Below are positions 10,741-19,454 of a DNA stretch of 33,678 bases, one piece after another. The position numbers and the translations under genes are program-made. Location of the stretch: assembly GCA_044226625.1 (NCBI GenBank), contig JBGAGQ010000068.1, forward strand, positions 1 through 33,678. Direction: 5' to 3'. Position 1 is the stretch's first letter. Each line of letters starts with the position of its first letter. Origin of the DNA: Thermoanaerobaculia bacterium (GTDB lineage Bacteria; Acidobacteriota; Thermoanaerobaculia; Multivoradales; UBA5704). Under the pieces are notes generated by a model. The model was given only the letters and a program-made list of their open reading frames with translations, was not told the origin of the DNA and did not search any database.

Positions 10741-11829
10741 TTGAACCGCAAGGGCAAACATCCCGAATTCATCGACCGCAGCGAGAACCCCTGGAACGGC
10801 GGACCGCCGCTCGGCGAGCTAGGCGCTTCGCAGCGCACGCCGGTCGATCGCTTCTTCGTCCGCAGCCATGGCGACATCCCGAAGCTCGACGCGACGGCTT
10901 GGCGGCTCAAGGTTAGCGGGCTCGTCGATAGGCCTTTGGAGCTTTCCCTGCGCGACCTTTCGAGCAACTTCCGGCGCCATTCGGTCGTCGCGGCGCTCGA
11001 GTGCGCCGGCAACCGCCGGAACGAGCTGATCGCCGTAGCTCCCATCCCCGGTGAACTCGAATGGCATGCCGACGCGATCGGCAACGCGGCCTGGAGCGGC
11101 TGGTCGCTCGCCCAGGTGCTCGCCACCGCCGGACCGAGGCCGGAGGCGCGGCACGTCGAGCTGATCGGCGTCGACACCACCGAGCGGCTCGGCAGGACTT
11201 TCGCGTTCGGTGGCTCGGTGCCGATCGAAAAGGCGCTCGCCCCCGAGGTGCTGCTCGCCGATACGATGAACGGCGAGGAGCTTGCCCCCGAGCACGGCTT
11301 TCCGGTACGCGCCGTGATACCCGGCTACCTGGGCGCCCGGAGCGTCAAGTGGCTCGCCGAGATCCGGCTGCGTGAAGAGCCCTCCGAGAACTATTTCCAG
11401 GCTCACGCCTATCGTCTCTTTCCCCCCTGGATCGACTCGCGCAACGTGGTCTGGGAGAGCGGGCTGATGCTCGGCGACATGCCGGTGACCTCGGTGCTCA
11501 CCTCACCCTCGAAGGACTCGGTGGTCTCGGCCGGCGAGGTCAAGGTGCAGGGATATGCCTACGCGGGCGGCGGACGCGGCATCGACCGGGTAGACCTCTC
11601 GATGGACGGGGGCCGATCTTGGCGGGCGACCGAGCTCGGCGTCGAAGAAGGACCCTGGAGCTGGCGGCTCTTCTCCGCCCGAGTCGACGTTCCAGCCGGA
11701 TCCCACGAGCTCGTGGTCCGCGCTTTCGACCGCTCGGCGCAGACCCAGCCGAGCGACGTGGCGGAGGTCTGGAACTTCAAGGGCTACGCCAACAACGCCT
11801 GGCACCGGGTGCGGATCGAGGCTCGCTAG
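10741..11829 (+). CDS. Sulfite oxidase family molybdoenzyme (Moco and dimerisation domains; no heme domain, no signal peptide)
   Basis: FFVRSHG, LECAGNRR (Mo-ligand Cys), HGFPVRAVIPG..GARSVKWL, WNFKGYANNAWHRV; AGGAG SD before the TTG start. Confidence 0.9.
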   Translation: MNRKGKHPEFIDRSENPWNGGPPLGELGASQRTPVDRFFVRSHGDIPKLDATAWRLKVSGLVDRPLELSLRDLSSNFRRHSVVAALECAGNRRNELIAVAPIPGELEWHADAIGNAAWSGWSLAQVLATAGPRPEARHVELIGVDTTERLGRTFAFGGSVPIEKALAPEVLLADTMNGEELAPEHGFPVRAVIPGYLGARSVKWLAEIRLREEPSENYFQAHAYRLFPPWIDSRNVVWESGLMLGDMPVTSVLTSPSKDSVVSAGEVKVQGYAYAGGGRGIDRVDLSMDGGRSWRATELGVEEGPWSWRLFSARVDVPAGSHELVVRAFDRSAQTQPSDVAEVWNFKGYANNAWHRVRIEAR

Positions 11830-11856
11830 AAGACTCTCGCCTATAATTTCGCTCCA

Positions 11857-12240
11857 ATGAGCGATCGCATCACCCAGGGAATCCGGGTGCAGGTCCAGAG
11901 CTACTACGACTCCGAGAGGAGCGCGCCGCAGGAGAACTATTACTTCTTCGCATACCGGGTCCGGATTTCGAACCTCGGCGAAGAGACCGCCCAGCTACTA
12001 TCGCGTCAGTGGATCATCACCGACGCGGACGGCCTGGAACAGCGGGTGAGCGGCTCCGGAGTCGTCGGCGAGCAGCCGATCCTCGCGCCCGGAGAGATGT
12101 TCGAGTACACCAGCTTCTGTCCGCTCACCACCCCGGTCGGGGCAATGCACGGCACCTACCGGATGGCGACCGAGACCGGCGCGCAGTTCGACGCCGAGAT
12201 CGCGCCGTTCTCCCTCGCCGTCCCCCACTCGCTCAACTGA
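11857..12240 (+). CDS. apaG: ApaG protein
   Basis: YFFAYRVRISN, QLLSRQWIITD, GVVGEQP, FEYTSFCPLTTPVGAMHGTY, FDAEIAPF. Confidence 0.96.
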   Translation: MSDRITQGIRVQVQSYYDSERSAPQENYYFFAYRVRISNLGEETAQLLSRQWIITDADGLEQRVSGSGVVGEQPILAPGEMFEYTSFCPLTTPVGAMHGTYRMATETGAQFDAEIAPFSLAVPHSLN

Positions 12241-12247
12241 GAGACCG

Positions 12248-12283
12248 TTTCTGCCCGAGCAGCCGCAAGGCCTCGGGCCGAAA
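12248..12283. terminator. Hairpin with GCAA tetraloop between convergent apaG and MgtC genes
   Basis: GCCCGAG-CA-GCC-GCAA-GGC-CTCGGGC flanked by TTTC/GAAA. Confidence 0.5.
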
Positions 12284-13549
12284 CTAGGGCAAGGCGGCGC
12301 CGAAAGCGAGCAAAAGCGCTCCAACCGCGAGCGCCAGCGAGAAGGGTCCGGTGATTCGGGCGACGAGGCGCCGGCTACCGAGCACCGCGATCGCTATCCC
12401 CTTGAACAGCAGGTTCGAGAGCAGGGCCACCAGGATCACCCGCCATCCGATCTCCGGATCGAGCCCCGAGGTGCGCACGAGTCGTGCGGTCGAGAGCGTG
12501 ATCGCATCGACGTCGGTCAGACCGGACAGGGCGGAGACGGCGTACAGGCCGCGCAGGCCGAGGGTCTCTCGGGCCGCGGCGGCGGCGAACAGGACCACGC
12601 CGTACAACAGGCCGAACAGCAGCGCGGGCTTGAGCTCGCTCGGATTCTCGTGCTCCGCGACCGGCTCCGGATCGCGCCGGCGACGGGACCACAGCAAAGC
12701 GGAGACCAGCAGGAAGAGGAGAAGCAACGCGCCGAGAGGCAGCGCCGCGACACCGAGGAAATCCGGCGCCGCCACCGCGATTTCGAGCAGAACCCGGAAG
12801 AAGACGACCCCGGCGGAAAGACAGATGATGATCGCGGCAGCCGGCGAAGCATCTGAATTCCCGGCCGTCCGTCGCGCGGCAGCGACCGTCGTGGCCGTGC
12901 TCGAGATCACACCGCCGAGCAGGCCCGCCACGATCGTGCCGCCGCGGGCGCCGAGCAGCTTGTAGCCCACGTAGGCCGCAAGCCCGATCCCGACCACCAG
13001 CACCACCATCCACCAGATCTGCTGCGGATTGAGGACGGCGTACGGTCCAAACGTCCGGTTCGGCAGAATGGGCAAGATCACGCCGGAGATCAAGACGAAC
13101 TGCATGATCGCGCGGAAGTCCTGCTCGCCGATGCGGCCCGCCAGGTCGTGCAGCTGCGGCTTCGCCCAGAGGAGAACGGCGGTCCCAGCCCCGACCGCGA
13201 TGGCGATGGCCGCCGGGCCGACCGCCAAGTACGCGCCGACACCGTAGGTCAATAGCAAAGCGACCTCGGTCGTCTGCCCGGTGTCGGCGCCGGGATCGCG
13301 CATCCGGAGCAGGCCTCCCGCCACGATGATCCCGACCAACCCGAGCAGCCCGGCCACGACGATCCAGCCTCCGAGGACTCCCGCGAGTTGAGCCGTGATC
13401 GTTCCAAGCACCGCCACCAGCGCGAAGGTCCGGAAGCCGGCGAGCGGCGCGGCGACCCGCTCGCGCTGGAGTCCGATCAGGAGTCCCAGAGCGAGCGAGA
13501 TGCCGAGCTGTTGGAAAGCGGTTCCGAGATCCGCGGCCGGCGGGTGCAT
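12284..13549 (-). CDS. MgtC/SapB family membrane protein with DUF4010 domain
   Basis: GLLIGLQRE..AGFRTFAL, GQTTEVA, ILPILPN, GLLGGVISSTATT, SGLTDVDAITLS. Confidence 0.9.
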   Translation of the reverse strand: MHPPAADLGTAFQQLGISLALGLLIGLQRERVAAPLAGFRTFALVAVLGTITAQLAGVLGGWIVVAGLLGLVGIIVAGGLLRMRDPGADTGQTTEVALLLTYGVGAYLAVGPAAIAIAVGAGTAVLLWAKPQLHDLAGRIGEQDFRAIMQFVLISGVILPILPNRTFGPYAVLNPQQIWWMVVLVVGIGLAAYVGYKLLGARGGTIVAGLLGGVISSTATTVAAARRTAGNSDASPAAAIIICLSAGVVFFRVLLEIAVAAPDFLGVAALPLGALLLLFLLVSALLWSRRRRDPEPVAEHENPSELKPALLFGLLYGVVLFAAAAARETLGLRGLYAVSALSGLTDVDAITLSTARLVRTSGLDPEIGWRVILVALLSNLLFKGIAIAVLGSRRLVARITGPFSLALAVGALLLAFGAALP

Positions 13550-13719
13550 GGGCTCAGTCTACCCCTGCGGCCGATGGCTGCGTCGCTGAGCATCTCTTAC
13601 GGATCCCCCGCTACGTCGCAGTCGAGGCGCAGGCTGGCAGATTCGACAAGCACGCCGCTCATCCCGTGAGGCGATCGTCGGCCCAGCGCGAGGGTTCGCG
13701 GAGTAGGATCGCCGCCATC

Positions 13720-15102
13720 ATGCCGGAAACCGGAGCTCCCTCCCTTTCCCGTACGCTCTCGGCGCGCGACGGTGCGCTGCTCACGGTCGGTTCGATCATC
13801 GGCACCGGGATCTTCCTGACCACGGGTTACATGGCCAGCTCCCTACCGCATGCGGGGCTGATCTTGCTGGCCTGGATCGTCGGCGGGCTGCTCACCATCG
13901 CGGGCGCCCTCACCTACGGCGAGCTCGGTGCGATGTTCCCTAGCGCCGGCGGTCTCTACGTCTTCCTCAAGGAGGCCTACGGTCCGATCTGGGGATTTCT
14001 CTACGGCTGGACGGCTTTCCTGGTGATCATGACCGGGGGGATTGCGGCGATCGCGGCCGCGCTCGGCAACGTCTTCGGAGGATTCTTTCCTTACTTCTCG
14101 TCGAGCCATCGGTTGGTGGCCGTCCCTCTGTTCGGCTGGACCTGGACGCTTTCCGGCGCCCAGGTGATCTCGGCCCTCGCAATCCTCCTGCTCACCGCGG
14201 TCAACCACCGCGGCCTCAGAGCGGGAGCGGGGCTGCAGAACGCACTCACCTGGATCAAGATCGGTGCGATCTTCTTTCTCGCGGCCTTCGGACTCCTCGC
14301 GGCGGCGCCGGCCATGCCGCGCTACCTGGCGCCCCTCCCCACGCATCTGTCCGGCTTCGCGATGATCAGCGCCTTCGGCGTCGCGATGATCGCGGCGCTC
14401 TGGACCTTCGACGGCTGGTACGGCCTGACCTTCTCGGCCGGCGAGATGAAGAACCCGGCCCGCGACCTGCCATGGGGGCTCCTGGTCGGGACCTGCGTGG
14501 TCACCGGGATCTATCTCCTGGTCAACGTCGCCTATCTCCGAGCGCTGCCGATCGAGCAGATGGCCGGCGTCGAGAAGGTCGGCGAGGCGGCCGCCACCGC
14601 ACTTTTCGGTTCCATGGGAGGACGCGTGCTAGGCGTCGCGGTCTTCTTCTCCTGTCTCGGCGCCCTCGCTTCGACGATCCTCTACAGCTCGCGGATCTAC
14701 CAACCGATCGCCGCCGACGGCTTGTTCTTCCGGCGCCTGGCGGCAATCGACCCGAAAACCCAGGTCCCGGCGGCGAGCCTTTGGGCGCAGAGCGGCTGGT
14801 CGATCGTGCTCGCGCTCTCCGGGACGTTCGAGCAGCTGTACACCTACGTCATCTTCGCCACGATTCTGTTCCAGATCGGCGTCGGCGCCGCCGTATTCGT
14901 CCTCCGCGCGAAGCGACCCGAGCTACCCCGTCCCTACCGGACTTGGGGATATCCGGTGGTTCCGGCGCTCTTTCTGCTCGCTTCGCTCGCGTTGGTGGCG
15001 ACCACCCTTTCCGAAAAGCCGACGGAATCGCTCTGGGGCCTCGGTCTCGTGGCCCTGGGCCTGCCCGCCTACGCGATCTGGAAAAGGCGGTCGACGGTCT
15101 AG
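13720..15102 (+). CDS. APC-family (LAT/SteT-like) amino acid/polyamine permease
   Basis: GSIIGTGIF, YGELGAMFPSAGGLYVFL, WTFDGW, EMKNPARDLP, RPYRTWGYP; about 12 TM helices. Confidence 0.93.
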   Translation: MPETGAPSLSRTLSARDGALLTVGSIIGTGIFLTTGYMASSLPHAGLILLAWIVGGLLTIAGALTYGELGAMFPSAGGLYVFLKEAYGPIWGFLYGWTAFLVIMTGGIAAIAAALGNVFGGFFPYFSSSHRLVAVPLFGWTWTLSGAQVISALAILLLTAVNHRGLRAGAGLQNALTWIKIGAIFFLAAFGLLAAAPAMPRYLAPLPTHLSGFAMISAFGVAMIAALWTFDGWYGLTFSAGEMKNPARDLPWGLLVGTCVVTGIYLLVNVAYLRALPIEQMAGVEKVGEAAATALFGSMGGRVLGVAVFFSCLGALASTILYSSRIYQPIAADGLFFRRLAAIDPKTQVPAASLWAQSGWSIVLALSGTFEQLYTYVIFATILFQIGVGAAVFVLRAKRPELPRPYRTWGYPVVPALFLLASLALVATTLSEKPTESLWGLGLVALGLPAYAIWKRRSTV

Positions 15103-15114
15103 AATCGTTCCGTC

Positions 15115-16506
15115 ATGCGGCGGTTCGCTCTCTTCGCCTTCGCGCTTTTCGCCGTTTTTCGACCCACCGAGGCTCGTGCCGAGAACGCGCCGTTCGCCTT
15201 CTCCGGCCCCTTGTCTTCGTTGCTGCCCGCCGGCCGCGAGGTTGCTCCTCATGCGGCCGGAATCCCCTTCGCGATCGAGATCTCGGCGGGCGGCCAGCGG
15301 ATCGAAGCCGGTCCGTTCGCCCTGTTGGTTCCGGGAGCGACGAAGCCGTTCCGCCTGACTCTCACGGGCGCGGCGTTCTCGGACGGGAAGCTCACCGCGA
15401 AAGCGACGCTCACGAACGCCTCCGGCGCCGCGCTCGAGGGGCTGCGGCTCGATCTGACGCAGGCTACCGAGACGTTTAACGCGAAGGACGCCCAGGGGAA
15501 GCTCCAGAGCTCGAAGCGTCCGCGGACGGTCGTCGCGACACCTCTCCACTTCGGAGACCTCGGTGCCGAAGAGACGAGCGATTCCCTGCCGCTCGAGGCC
15601 ACCGGTCTCTCGTTCTCTCCCGAAACCGTGCGGATCACGGTGCGCGGCGTCGTGTCCGGCCTTCGCTACGAGAAAACCCTCTCGAACCCTTCCGCTTGCG
15701 GGGCCGGGCAGATCGAGGTCGACGAGCGCGGCTCCGTCTATCTCGCGGACGTCTGCGCACGGCGAATCGCGCGTATATCTCCGACCGGGGAAGTGTCCGG
15801 CATCGAGCTTCCCGCCAACGCCAAGGGCTTCGCCCGCGATCCCAGGAGCGGGCGGCTCGCCGCGACCTACGGGCACTTTCGCGAAATCCAGCTGATCGGT
15901 GCCGAGGAGCAGGTGCTCGGTACGCTCGGCGACGTCCAGGGGCTCGACGCCCTGCCGGATTTCCTCAGGTTCGACTCGCTCGGCAGGCTCTGGGTCGAGG
16001 CCGACGGCACGATCCTCCGCTTCGGCACCACCGGCCGGCGGGAGCAGCGCATCCGCACGATCGGCGACTTCGGCCTCGGCGGAGTCCTCTCTTTCGATCT
16101 CGCGCCGAGCGGCGCGCTCTGGGTGGTCGCCCGGGGAGCGCTCTACGTCCTGCCGGCCGACGGTCGCCCCGGCTCCCGCGTCGTCGAGCCGGGTCTCCGT
16201 CCCGGAGAGCTCACCTCCCCCGAAGCGCCGCGGGCCGCCTCGGATGGAAGCGTCTGGGTGGTCGAAGGAGCCGACCCGACCCATGGTGCGCCGGAGCGGA
16301 TTTCCGTGTTCGATCGCGCGGGGCGCCTGGTCCGTATCTTCGGGCGCGGTGCCAAGGCGCCGCTTCCGGGATTTCCTGCCGCCTACCACGAGGCGCAGAT
16401 CTTCCAGGCCAAGGATCTCGCCTTCGGCCCGGAGAATCGCGTCTACGTCGCGGGTCAAAGGCCGGGGAAGGACGGCGAGGTCGTGGTCGTGTTCCGCAGC
16501 TTCTAG
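15115..16506 (+). CDS. Secreted NHL-repeat beta-propeller protein
   Basis: Signal peptide; beta-rich N-domain; repeated blades (VDERGSVYLAD, FDSLGRLWV, LAPSGALWV, AFGPENRVYVA). Confidence 0.7.
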   Translation: MRRFALFAFALFAVFRPTEARAENAPFAFSGPLSSLLPAGREVAPHAAGIPFAIEISAGGQRIEAGPFALLVPGATKPFRLTLTGAAFSDGKLTAKATLTNASGAALEGLRLDLTQATETFNAKDAQGKLQSSKRPRTVVATPLHFGDLGAEETSDSLPLEATGLSFSPETVRITVRGVVSGLRYEKTLSNPSACGAGQIEVDERGSVYLADVCARRIARISPTGEVSGIELPANAKGFARDPRSGRLAATYGHFREIQLIGAEEQVLGTLGDVQGLDALPDFLRFDSLGRLWVEADGTILRFGTTGRREQRIRTIGDFGLGGVLSFDLAPSGALWVVARGALYVLPADGRPGSRVVEPGLRPGELTSPEAPRAASDGSVWVVEGADPTHGAPERISVFDRAGRLVRIFGRGAKAPLPGFPAAYHEAQIFQAKDLAFGPENRVYVAGQRPGKDGEVVVVFRSF

Positions 16507-17234
16507 ATCGGACCGATTCGGGCGAGTACCCCTGCCACCACGCGGTCGCAGCGTTCGGCGGCGAAGCTAAAGGCTTCCCGGGCCGCGATCCCCAGACGCC
16601 GTTCGAGATCTCCGCGGAGGCGGGTTCGGGCGCGGTGGAGGCGAACCTTCACCGCTTCGGGCGAAAGGTCGAGACTCTCCGCGGTCTCCGCCGTCGACAA
16701 CCCCTCGACCTCGCGCAGCAGGAAGACCGCGCGATAACGGTAGGGCATCGCACCCACGGCTCGTTCGAGCGCCGCGCGAAGCTCCCGGTTCCAAACGGCT
16801 TTTTCGGGGTCGAGGGTCGCCACCTCGGGCTCTTCGGCGTTGGACTTCCAGGCATTCATCCATGGGTCCTCCACGCCGGCGCTCTCCACCCTCGAGAGAC
16901 CGACGAAGCGGTGCGCGCGCCGCTTTCTCGCGAGCGCCTCGTAGAGCGCGATCTTCGAGAGCCAAGTCGTAAGCTTCGCCTCGCCGCGAAACTCCGCAAG
17001 GTGCTCAAAGGCGCGTACCCACGCGTCCTGCAGGACGTCTTCGGCCTCGAGGTCGCTGTCCACCACACCGCGCGCGATGCGGAAGAGGCGCTGGTTGTGG
17101 CGGCGCATCAGGAGCTCGAACAGCTCCTTTTCCCCCGCGGTAACTCGGCGCGCCAGGTCCTCGTCGGAGAGCTCGGTGGCGAGCGAGAGAGAAGGAGCTT
17201 CGGGAGGAGCCGGCACGGGACGGAGCGCGTTCAT
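16503..17234 (-). CDS. ECF RNA polymerase sigma factor with short C-terminal RCD extension
   Basis: Region 2 (AEDVLQDAW..FRGEAKLTTWL) and region 4 (YRAVFLLREVEGLSTAETA..VKVRLHRAR); tail AFSFAAERCDRVV. Confidence 0.93.
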   Translation of the reverse strand: MNALRPVPAPPEAPSLSLATELSDEDLARRVTAGEKELFELLMRRHNQRLFRIARGVVDSDLEAEDVLQDAWVRAFEHLAEFRGEAKLTTWLSKIALYEALARKRRAHRFVGLSRVESAGVEDPWMNAWKSNAEEPEVATLDPEKAVWNRELRAALERAVGAMPYRYRAVFLLREVEGLSTAETAESLDLSPEAVKVRLHRARTRLRGDLERRLGIAAREAFSFAAERCDRVVAGVLARIGPI

Positions 17235-17241
17235 CGTTTCT

Positions 17242-17270
17242 TACAGAGTCCGTCGCCGAAGAAAGGTTAC
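17242..17270 (-). promoter_or_regulatory. Candidate ECF-dependent promoter of the sigma gene, GTAACC-N14-GACTC-N-GTA
   Basis: The same bipartite motif with the same spacing occurs on the opposite strand at 17293-17321. Confidence 0.65.
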
Positions 17271-17292
17271 GAAGATCTCCGCAAGCCGGTCT

Positions 17293-17321
17293 GTAACCGA
17301 TCGCGGCCCTCCGACTCCGTA
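17293..17321 (+). promoter_or_regulatory. Candidate ECF-dependent promoter of the DoxX-like gene, GTAACC-N14-GACTC-N-GTA
   Basis: GTAACC at 17293-17298, GACTC at 17313-17317, GTA at 17319-17321, followed by the AGGAGG SD. Confidence 0.65.
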
Positions 17322-17339
17322 GGGATAGGAGGATTCGAC

Positions 17340-17747
17340 ATGACTTCGACCGAACAGGGACTCGACCTCGCGCGCCGCCTGCTGCGCGTTGGGTTCGGCC
17401 TGATGGCCTTTCTCGCCGGGCTCGACAAGTTCTTCAACCTGCTCGCCAACTGGGACATGTACCTCGCTCCCTGGATGGCCAACCTGCTGCCCCTGCCTGC
17501 CGCGACGTTCTTCGGCGTGATCGGCGTCGTCGAGATGGGGGCCGGCGTGCTCGTGCTCAGCCGCTGGACGCGCCTCGGAGCTTACATCGTCTCCGTCTGG
17601 CTCCTCGCGATCGCGCTCCAGCTGGTTTCGACGGGCATGTTCTACGACCTTGCCGTTCGCGACACCGTGCTGGCGCTCGGCGCCTTCGCTCTCGGTAAAC
17701 TGACCGAATGGCGCGCGGCCGTCGCCGCCGCGCGCTCCAACCCGTAA
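17340..17747 (+). CDS. DoxX-like membrane protein (135 aa)
   Basis: AGLDKFFNLLANWDMYLAP, GVVEMGAG and YDLAVRD motifs; about four TM helices; strong SD; hidden at the end of ORF 15696..17747. Confidence 0.8.
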   Translation: MTSTEQGLDLARRLLRVGFGLMAFLAGLDKFFNLLANWDMYLAPWMANLLPLPAATFFGVIGVVEMGAGVLVLSRWTRLGAYIVSVWLLAIALQLVSTGMFYDLAVRDTVLALGAFALGKLTEWRAAVAAARSNP

Positions 17748-17762
17748 CCGAAAGGAGATTCC

Positions 17763-18113
17763 ATGACCTACACCTTCCGCAACGCCCTCCCCGTCACTTT
17801 GGCTCTCGCGCTGCTCGCGCTCCCCGCCGCGGCGGCCACCTGGAAGAACGTGTCGCTGATCGATCAGAGCTGCTCGGTCAAAGCCAAGGCGAACCCCGAT
17901 GCCCACGCCCGGGACTGCGCGCTCCAATGCTCGAAGAGCGGCTACGGCATCTACACCTCTGACGGCAAGTATCTGAAGCTCGACGCGGCCGGTTCGGACA
18001 AAGCCCTCGCCGCGCTTAAAGCCTCGACGAAGAAAGACCACTTGCGCGCGGACGTGACCGGCGATGTGAAGGGCGACGTGGTCACGGTGTCGACCCTGGA
18101 GCTCCTGCCGTAA
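17763..18113 (+). CDS. Small secreted Cys/His-containing protein
   Basis: AAGGAG SD; signal peptide; LIDQSC..HARDCALQC..GYGI followed by a short beta-rich C-terminus. Confidence 0.8.
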   Translation: MTYTFRNALPVTLALALLALPAAAATWKNVSLIDQSCSVKAKANPDAHARDCALQCSKSGYGIYTSDGKYLKLDAAGSDKALAALKASTKKDHLRADVTGDVKGDVVTVSTLELLP

Positions 18114-18132
18114 GAACACGCGCGGACCCGGC

Positions 18133-18158
18133 GAAACCTGAACACCCTCCCTTCCGTA
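18133..18158 (+). promoter_or_regulatory. Candidate ECF-type promoter GAAACC-N16-CGTA upstream of the M23 gene
   Basis: Matches the generic ECF pattern of AAC at -35 and CGT at -10. Confidence 0.4.
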
Positions 18159-18227
18159 TCGAGTGCAGCCCGGCCCCCCGCTTCGGCTCTCGCTCCTCGC
18201 CCGGGCCTTTCCCAAGGGAGATTCTTC

Positions 18228-19403
18228 ATGTTCCGCCTCCGCCATGCGTTTGCTCTGTCGTTGCTCCTCTCGTCCGCCGCGGCGTTCGGCGCCGGGCTGG
18301 AAGTCCGCTTCTATCCCGGCAAAAAGCTCTATGCCTACGAGCTGGAAGCCCGTCGCGGCCTGTCGAGCGCGCTCCTGCAAAACGCCGCGATCGTCAACAC
18401 GACGGCCGCGGCGGTCACGCTCGAAAAGATCGAAATCGAAATCCTCCGATCGATCGAGCCGGCCGACGCCATTCAGACCCATCGTCTGAACGCCGCGGAT
18501 CTCGACAAGGCGGCCGCGCGCGGCGCGGCACTCGAGGCGCAGGGGATGCTCGCAGTCCTCGCGTTTCATTTTCGGCCCGACCTGCTGCTCAAGGACGCGA
18601 AGCTCGCTCCGTCTCGCGAGCTTCCCGCCGGAGGCGCTCTCTTGATCGGGCAAAAGCCGTTCGTGTTCGCCGGGAAACCGACCGCTCTTCGCCTTCACGT
18701 TTTCGGGAGGAACGCCGCCGGAGGCGAAGTCGAGGGCTCGGGCGAGATTCCGATCGACGTCGACGGCTCGAAAGTCGAATATTCCTTTCCGCTCGCCGGC
18801 CGCTGGGTCGTCGCCGTAGGCGCGACCTTCCACGGTGGCCATCGTTGGGCGGTGCCGGAGGAGTTCGCGATCGACATCGCGCGATTCGGCGACGGGGGCA
18901 AGTCCTTTCGGGGCGACGGCACCCAGCGCGGCGAATATCTCGCTTACGGCCAGGAGATCCGCGCCGCCGCGGCCGGAACCGTCGTCGCCGCGGTAAGCAC
19001 GATTCCCGAGTCCGACTCCGATTTCCGTCGCCAGGGCGAGGCAATCGAGGCATACCAGCAGCGGGTGCTCGAAAACCAGGCGAAGCTGCTCGAGGCGGGG
19101 ATCGAGAAAGCCGCCGGCAACTACCTCGTCATCGATCACGGCAATGGAGAGTTTTCCTTCTATGCCCACCTGAAGACCGGTAGCCTCAAAGTCGAGAAGG
19201 GAACCAAGGTCGAGCGCGGCCAGCCGATCGCCCAACTGGGCACCTCGGGCAACTCGACCGAACCGCACCTGCACTTCCAAGTGATGGCTGGCGCCGATCC
19301 TTTCTGCTCGACCGGTATCCCGATCCGATTCCAGGGCATCGAGATCCCCTGGGCGGACTCGCCGCGGAACCTCCAGTCGGGCGACGTGGTGGTCGCCAAC
19401 TGA
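18228..19403 (+). CDS. Secreted M23 family metallopeptidase
   Basis: Signal peptide; HRWA..FAIDI, GNYLVIDHG, YAHL and GNSTEPHLHFQ motifs. Confidence 0.9.
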   Translation: MFRLRHAFALSLLLSSAAAFGAGLEVRFYPGKKLYAYELEARRGLSSALLQNAAIVNTTAAAVTLEKIEIEILRSIEPADAIQTHRLNAADLDKAAARGAALEAQGMLAVLAFHFRPDLLLKDAKLAPSRELPAGGALLIGQKPFVFAGKPTALRLHVFGRNAAGGEVEGSGEIPIDVDGSKVEYSFPLAGRWVVAVGATFHGGHRWAVPEEFAIDIARFGDGGKSFRGDGTQRGEYLAYGQEIRAAAAGTVVAAVSTIPESDSDFRRQGEAIEAYQQRVLENQAKLLEAGIEKAAGNYLVIDHGNGEFSFYAHLKTGSLKVEKGTKVERGQPIAQLGTSGNSTEPHLHFQVMAGADPFCSTGIPIRFQGIEIPWADSPRNLQSGDVVVAN

Positions 19404-19454
19404 CGGTCCGGCCGCGTCCGGCCGCGCCCTGCCGCGCCGTTCCCGTTCGAGCGT

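Noticed and set aside
13550-13719. 170-nt divergent spacer before the amino acid permease as a possible riboswitch
   Set aside because: No recognisable aptamer motif, and both flanking genes have -10-like hexamers right next to their starts, leaving no room for a long leader
15696-17339. N-terminal part of the 683-aa ORF
   Set aside because: Alternate frame of the NHL gene plus antisense of the sigma gene; the real gene starts at 17340 behind AGGAGG
19406-19437. Short 10-bp-period repeat (GTCCGGCCGC x2 plus a degenerate copy) between convergent genes
   Set aside because: Too short and GC-rich to be significant; no spacers, so not CRISPR
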